Source of the DNA: Limisphaerales bacterium
GTDB taxonomy: Bacteria; Verrucomicrobiota; Verrucomicrobiia; Limisphaerales; SIBE01
Reading direction: 5' to 3'
Length of the DNA stretch: 42,474 nucleotides
Assembly: GCA_044225505.1 (NCBI GenBank)
Contig: JBGAIN010000065.1
Coordinates: 1 to 42,474 of the forward strand
The notes beneath the pieces are model-generated. The model was not told the DNA's origin. It saw nothing but the letters and a program-made list of their open reading frames with translations, and did not search any database. This document shows positions 37,352-42,474 of the stretch, piece after piece (positions within the stretch are counted from its first letter, which is position 1; every line of letters starts with the position of its first letter). A program made the translations under genes and the position numbers.

Positions 37352-38035
37352 ATGACTATGAACGTCGCCTCGACCGTTTCTGTGGAAGCCGAACCTTACA
37401 CGTTCGAACTCCGCCCTTGGGCATCTGCCCTCCTCATCATTGACATGCAACGGGATTTTCTGGAGTCGGGTGGCTTTGGCGAGATGCTGGGAAACGATGT
37501 CTCGCAATTGCGCCGGACGATCCAGCCAAATCTCAAGCTACTCAAAGCCTGGCGATCCCTCGGTTTCACTGTCATTCATACGCGGGAAGGGCATCGGCCC
37601 GACCTCTCCGATCTTCCGGAGAGCAAAAAGCGCCGCGGCCGAAGCAAAACATCCATCGGTGATAAGGGGCCGATGGGACGCATCCTTGTTCGCGGCGAAG
37701 CTGGCCACGACATTATTCCGGAACTTTATCCAGCCGCCTCCGAACCGGTCATCGACAAACCCGGCAAAGGCGCTTTTTTCGCCACGGATCTCCACGCCAT
37801 TCTGCAGAGCAGGCGCATCGCGCAACTGATTGTCACCGGCGTCACGACCGAAGTCTGCGTGAACACGACCGTCCGCGAAGCGAATGATCGCGGTTACGAG
37901 TGCCTGGTCCTGAGTGACTGCGTCGGATCGTACTTCCCCGAATTCCATGAGATGGGCTTGCGCATGATCAAAGCGCAAGGCGGCATCTTTGGCTGGGTCA
38001 CCGAATCCGGGAAGCTTCTCTCTGCCTTGACCTGA
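37352..38035 (+). CDS. trtA: Triuret amidohydrolase (cysteine hydrolase family)
   Basis: TrtA-type signature GGFGEMLGN, TTEVCV, GSYF, QGGIFG, contrasting with the BiuH paralog. Start at 37352 or 37358. Confidence 0.8.
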   Translation: MTMNVASTVSVEAEPYTFELRPWASALLIIDMQRDFLESGGFGEMLGNDVSQLRRTIQPNLKLLKAWRSLGFTVIHTREGHRPDLSDLPESKKRRGRSKTSIGDKGPMGRILVRGEAGHDIIPELYPAASEPVIDKPGKGAFFATDLHAILQSRRIAQLIVTGVTTEVCVNTTVREANDRGYECLVLSDCVGSYFPEFHEMGLRMIKAQGGIFGWVTESGKLLSALT

Positions 38036-38069
38036 ATCTCAACCACCGCTGTCCCTGCGACACAAAATT

Positions 38070-39677
38070 ATGAGTACTAAACCTAGAATCTGGGTCCCCG
38101 GAGACTGGAATGCGCTGTTCGGCTTTGGGACGAACATCCTCGTCAATCTGCTGACCTTAACCGGCCTGCTCCGCTTCGTTTTGAAAATGCCGGATGAGCT
38201 TGTCTTCGGGCGGATCCTCCCCGCGACCGGACTCATGCTTTGCCTATCGACCCTTTACTATGCCTGGCTAGCCTATCAACTCGCTAAGAAGACCGGCCGC
38301 ACCGATGTTTGCGCTCTGCCCTCCGGCGTCAGCGTGCCGCATATGTTTGTGGTCACCTTCGTGGTCATGTTGCCTATCAGCCTGAAAACGGGCGACCCGA
38401 TCAAAGGGTGGGAAGCCGGTCTGACTTGGGTTTTTCTCCAAAGCTTTGTGCTCATGATCGGGGGGCTGATCGCCCCCGTGATTCGCCGAATCACCCCACG
38501 CGCCGCGCTTCTCGGAACGCTCGCGGGAGTCTCCGTGACCTTCATCTCCATGCGTCCGGCGTTGGAAATGTTCATGACCCCGCTGATTGGCCTGGTCTGC
38601 TTCACGGTCATCACGGTGAGTTGGCTGGGAGGCGTCAGCTATCGTGGTGTTCCGGCCGGCCTTGTGGCCATTGCCGTCGGGACGGCGATTGCTTGGGGTT
38701 CAACTGCCCTCGGTCTGAATTACGGTGGGATGAGCTTGCAAGGCCTGTCCGATTCGCTCGTGAACTTTGGCTTCCACGTGCCCTTGCCTGCCTTTGGTCA
38801 CGTCTTTTCCGGGTTCGAATTCCTCGGCGTTCTGCTGATCACGGCGGTCCCCTTCGGCATCTATGACCTCGTCGAAGCGATCGACAATGTGGAAAGCGCC
38901 GCCGTCGCCGGCGACCATTTCCCCACGGTGCGCGTCTTGACTGCGGATGGCGTGGTCAGCCTGATCGGGTGCATGGTTGGCAACCCTTTTATCAATGCGG
39001 TTTATATCGGCCATCCGGGCTGGAAAGCAATGGGCGGACGAATCGGCTATTCCGCAGCCACCGGAATCGCAGTCATTCTCCTCTGCTGGTTTGGAACGAT
39101 CTCCCTTCTGCTTGCCCTCGTGCCGAGCGTCGCAATCCTTCCAATCCTTCTTTACATCGCCATGCTAATTGGTTCGCAAGCGTTTCAAGAAAGTCCCAAG
39201 CGCCATGCCCCCGCCATTATCCTTTCGCTTGTGCCGCACCTGGCGCACTGGGCGATCACGCTGATCAATGGCGCATTGGCGGCCGCCGGAACGGTCGTGG
39301 CCACGCTGAGTACCGCGCAACTGGACGAGCTGACCAACCGGATGAAATCCGAGGGAGTTCTTTACCGGGGCCTCCAAGTGTTAGGGGGCGGTTCCATCCT
39401 CGGGGGGCTGATCCTCGGTGCGATCGCCGCCTGTGTGATCGACCGGGATTACAAAAAGGCCGCCGGGTTCGCTTTCGCCGGTTCGTTCCTGACATTCTTC
39501 GGATTCATGCATGGCGAACGGATTGGATTTGCCCAAACCCCGGTCGTGGCGGCGAGTTACTTGGCCGTCTCGGGCGTTTTGCTCTATTGCGCCCGTTGCG
39601 GCGTAGTGACCGAGCAGGTTTCCCAACCCGCCTCTCATGGCCCCGCCGAAGCCTTGCCATCGTTTGCCGCAGAGTAA
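38070..39677 (+). CDS. NCS2/AzgA-like nucleobase-type permease
   Basis: Many TMs; PRAALLGTLAG, YIGHPGWKAMGGR. Confidence 0.75.
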   Translation: MSTKPRIWVPGDWNALFGFGTNILVNLLTLTGLLRFVLKMPDELVFGRILPATGLMLCLSTLYYAWLAYQLAKKTGRTDVCALPSGVSVPHMFVVTFVVMLPISLKTGDPIKGWEAGLTWVFLQSFVLMIGGLIAPVIRRITPRAALLGTLAGVSVTFISMRPALEMFMTPLIGLVCFTVITVSWLGGVSYRGVPAGLVAIAVGTAIAWGSTALGLNYGGMSLQGLSDSLVNFGFHVPLPAFGHVFSGFEFLGVLLITAVPFGIYDLVEAIDNVESAAVAGDHFPTVRVLTADGVVSLIGCMVGNPFINAVYIGHPGWKAMGGRIGYSAATGIAVILLCWFGTISLLLALVPSVAILPILLYIAMLIGSQAFQESPKRHAPAIILSLVPHLAHWAITLINGALAAAGTVVATLSTAQLDELTNRMKSEGVLYRGLQVLGGGSILGGLILGAIAACVIDRDYKKAAGFAFAGSFLTFFGFMHGERIGFAQTPVVAASYLAVSGVLLYCARCGVVTEQVSQPASHGPAEALPSFAAE

Positions 39678-39730
39678 TCTCGGTTAAAAATTGACGCCAC
39701 CCATCTCGATCCGGTAGATACCTCGCAATT

Positions 39731-40135
39731 GTGGCACTTCCGCCTGAGCCCGACCCAACGCCCCGTTTCCAACGACTCGAACTGCACGACCTGTTCCGCA
39801 TCGCCCAATGGCAAGATCAGATTCCGTGGCAACCGTTTCATGAAGGAGTGGAGATCCACCGGCTTTATGGGGACGGATCGAGCGGCCCTTCCGCCGCCCT
39901 CATTCGCTTTCGCCCGGGCGGCCAGGTGCCCTGGCACGTGCACACTGGCTTTGAGCATATCATTGTGTTGCACGGAACCCAACGCGATCAGAACTCCACG
40001 GCCGCCGCCGGGACCCTCATGATCAACACGCCAAGCACCGCGCACAGCGTGACCAGCGACGACGGCTGCATCGTCCTGGCCATTTACGAAGCGTCGGCGA
40101 GGTTTAGTAATCCGTCAGCCGCAACCGTTCCTTGA
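39731..40135 (+). CDS. Cupin protein (ChrR-like)
   Basis: HVHTGFEHIIVLHG and P.STAH cupin motifs. Confidence 0.75.
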   Translation: MALPPEPDPTPRFQRLELHDLFRIAQWQDQIPWQPFHEGVEIHRLYGDGSSGPSAALIRFRPGGQVPWHVHTGFEHIIVLHGTQRDQNSTAAAGTLMINTPSTAHSVTSDDGCIVLAIYEASARFSNPSAATVP

Positions 40136-40147
40136 CCCGGTTTCTCG

Positions 40148-40540
40148 ATGCAAAACCCGTTGCTGGCCGTGAACGGCACTTTGATGCACGGTCTCGAGCT
40201 CAACCCAAACCTGTTGCAAGCCGGTGCGACATTTAAGCACGAGGCGAAGACCGCCGCCTGCTATCGGATGTGGTCCATTCACGACCGGCATCCAGGCATG
40301 ATTCGGGTTCGCAGTGGCGGCGCTCCCATCGAGGTAGAAGTCTGGTCCGTGCCCGCGGACGGCCTGGTCTCTGTGCTGCTCAACGAACCGGCCGGATTGG
40401 CCATCGGCAAAGTTCTGCTGGCCGATGGGAAGGAAGTCTTGGGAGTGCTGGCGGAGCCTTTCCTCTGCGAAGGGCAAAAGGAAATCACACCATTCGGCGG
40501 CTGGCGGGCCTACATTAAGTCCCTGACGAAACCATGCTGA
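40148..40540 (+). CDS. Stand-alone allophanate hydrolase C-terminal (GGCT-like) domain
   Basis: LAVNGTLM.GL.LN, YRMW, IEVEVW, GLAIGKV.L.DG, EITPFGGWRAY. Confidence 0.8.
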   Translation: MQNPLLAVNGTLMHGLELNPNLLQAGATFKHEAKTAACYRMWSIHDRHPGMIRVRSGGAPIEVEVWSVPADGLVSVLLNEPAGLAIGKVLLADGKEVLGVLAEPFLCEGQKEITPFGGWRAYIKSLTKPC

Positions 40541-40720
40541 GGCCGCAGCCCCAATCCGTCACCAGATACGCCCGATGGCCCACACCGGGGGTCGATCCCA
40601 TCTTCGCAGCGTCCGCTGGCGGAACCCCGCGGGCTCTCGTGCTGACTTTGGTGACGTCTCAACAACACCGCCGCAAGCCTGCGCCTGCGGCGGTCGAATC
40701 TACCCGGCACTTAACCAGAA

Positions 40721-41839
40721 TCAGTGACGGTCCCCGCCCCAGTGCGGGCGATAGACCTCCATCGTCTTGCGATCCCGGTCCACTCGCTCGTGCGCGTGGT
40801 TCGGAGCAGGAGTTCGCATGTCTTCCAGGTGCATCGTTTCGACACGGCGTCCTCTGACCGCTGCGACGCGGCCCGGATCGATCCCGTGATTGATCACGCG
40901 CAGTTCCGAATGATTGTCCACCACCGTGCGGTTCACCGTATAATGGTTGATCACCGTGGTCCGGCGAAACGCCATCCGCCGATCGTCATCCCGTCGGAAG
41001 CCAATCCGCCTTGGATCACCTAATTCCCGGACCCGGCAAAAGTTGAAGTGGTGCCAATCAAAGCCAAAGTCGAAGTCGATCCCCACGTGCCGACCGCGAA
41101 AGACGAGCGCGCCAGACAGATCAAAATACGCTCCGGGCGGCAATGGCGCCCAACCGGCATAGTCGTCACCACTTCGCCATGTGACCCAGGCGGGCGCCCA
41201 GACGCGGTCAGGATACCAGAGCCAACCATGCAACGGATGCAAGTTCCAGCGTCCGTAATGAAATGGCGCCCAGCCCCACGAATAGTCCGAGGCCCAGTAC
41301 CAGCCGCTGTCCGTATAGACCCAGTGTCCCTGATCCCAGTAGGGCCGCCAGGATGGATTGGTCGCAGCCACGGAGGGCTGCCAGAACCATTGATTATCCT
41401 CCGCCATAATCCAACGTCCGTAAGGACTGAGCTGCTGGTAAAAGTAAGCCGCGTCCGGGCTCATGTTCGGCGCGGGCGCGAGCACTGGACTCGCCGCCGG
41501 GGCTGGCGCTGCCGCAGGGCTGACTGTCACCAAGGGAGGATTAGGTGCCGGAGTGGGCGCAGGAGCGGGAATCCCCGCGGCCGAAGCGGAACCTTTGTTC
41601 AGCATGGCCGCGAGGACCGCCGAACTCAGCCCTTGGTTCTTCAAGAGAAGGATATCGTCCGCAGATAGGTCGTAATTCGCGTTTTTGCCGTTAATAAAGG
41701 CCACGATCGCTTCATCGCCCAAGCCAGCTTTCGTTAACTTGATCACGTCGTCGACCGCAGCGCTGTTCATGGCGCGGGCCGCACTCACGCAAATGCTTAA
41801 CGCGCAAGCAGTCACGGCCAGGTACTTCAATGTTTTCAT
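40721..41839 (-). CDS. Secreted Trp/Pro-rich DUF6600-like protein
   Basis: Signal peptide, DVIKLTKAGLGDE, FYQQLSPYGRW, WRPY, WGWAPFHYGRW, WAPAWV. Confidence 0.75.
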   Translation of the reverse strand: MKTLKYLAVTACALSICVSAARAMNSAAVDDVIKLTKAGLGDEAIVAFINGKNANYDLSADDILLLKNQGLSSAVLAAMLNKGSASAAGIPAPAPTPAPNPPLVTVSPAAAPAPAASPVLAPAPNMSPDAAYFYQQLSPYGRWIMAEDNQWFWQPSVAATNPSWRPYWDQGHWVYTDSGWYWASDYSWGWAPFHYGRWNLHPLHGWLWYPDRVWAPAWVTWRSGDDYAGWAPLPPGAYFDLSGALVFRGRHVGIDFDFGFDWHHFNFCRVRELGDPRRIGFRRDDDRRMAFRRTTVINHYTVNRTVVDNHSELRVINHGIDPGRVAAVRGRRVETMHLEDMRTPAPNHAHERVDRDRKTMEVYRPHWGGDRH

Positions 41840-42009
41840 AGCATCATTCCAATTCCGACGCCATTCTAGGCGTTACCACGTTGGACGTTCCAGAAAACAA
41901 GATCTTCGCAGCTATTTCTACGCGATTTCACACCATCGACGTAACCGTATCGCTCCGCGGATCGTCTATGCGCCAGGCCTGCACGCGCGCTCTGGCAGCG
42001 AGAGTCGAA

Positions 42010-42474
42010 TCAGCACGTCTTGACAACCCGATCGTGTGGAATCTCCGATGCTGGCCGATACAGCGCACGCGCATAGGCAAGGAGAATCGACGCATATTCG
42101 GCCAGCGTGATCTGGACATGGTCTTGAGCAGGGCCTAGCTCCGGGTTCAGACGGGTGTATTGATTAGGTTCTGTATGATGATACGTATGCGCCACGGAAT
42201 CGTCGTGGTTGAGGAAATTCACGAAACGCTGCAAGAGCGTTTCGTTCTTCAGATTGCGCGTGAGTAGGTTTCGCGCTTCGGCAGTTCCATCCGCAATAAT
42301 CCCTAGATGCTGCAACCATTGGTTATGTCGCGTCATGACCGACCCTGACCAAAACATCAACAGGAAATTAGCGAGAGCAAAGAGGCCTGCCTCCGGAGCG
42401 ACCCCCACAAAGAACGCGGCCAAGCCGACAGGTAGAACCAGACGGTTGGGTAGATGTGACAGAATTGTTGAAGT
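42010..42474 (-). CDS. Partial membrane protein, possibly fatty-acid-desaturase-like
   Basis: Frame is open to the window edge. Hydrophobic segment, WLQH and an HTYHH His box. Confidence 0.45.
   Translation of the reverse strand, partial: TSTILSHLPNRLVLPVGLAAFFVGVAPEAGLFALANFLLMFWSGSVMTRHNQWLQHLGIIADGTAEARNLLTRNLKNETLLQRFVNFLNHDDSVAHTYHHTEPNQYTRLNPELGPAQDHVQITLAEYASILLAYARALYRPASEIPHDRVVKTC

Overview
GC-rich bacterial window; the gene style suggests Verrucomicrobiota (inference only). (1) 1-9.7 kb, minus strand: a polymorphic-toxin island. It holds one N-truncated Rhs core ending in an Ntox44-like tip, followed by five orphan Rhs tip cassettes (four with a downstream immunity-like gene, one running off the left edge). 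Four orphans carry a conserved non-Rhs leader fused in frame at the same codon. The island also has a RelE/ParE addiction module, a frameshifted internal Rhs fragment bracketed by two ~230-bp internally deleted RAYT-like mini-elements, and a third RAYT-like 5' remnant. (2) 10.4-12.7 kb: a complete group II intron (RT/maturase, no HNH domain) with non-canonical ends, inserted into a GTAG-type hairpin. (3) 12.8-26.5 kb: GH55 glucanase, frameshifted alpha/beta hydrolase, DUF5916-like outer-membrane protein, a large secreted repeat protein, and an extended ECF sigma factor with a paralogous partner. (4) 26.6-40.5 kb: a CHASE histidine kinase and sigma54 activator upstream of a sigma54-type promoter and a triuret/biuret utilisation operon (outer-membrane protein, BMP-type ABC transporter, BiuH, TrtA, NCS2-like permease, cupin, stand-alone allophanate hydrolase C-domain). 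(5) A DUF6600-like protein and a partial membrane protein. Several frameshifts may be sequencing errors. All family calls come from motif recognition; no searches were run.
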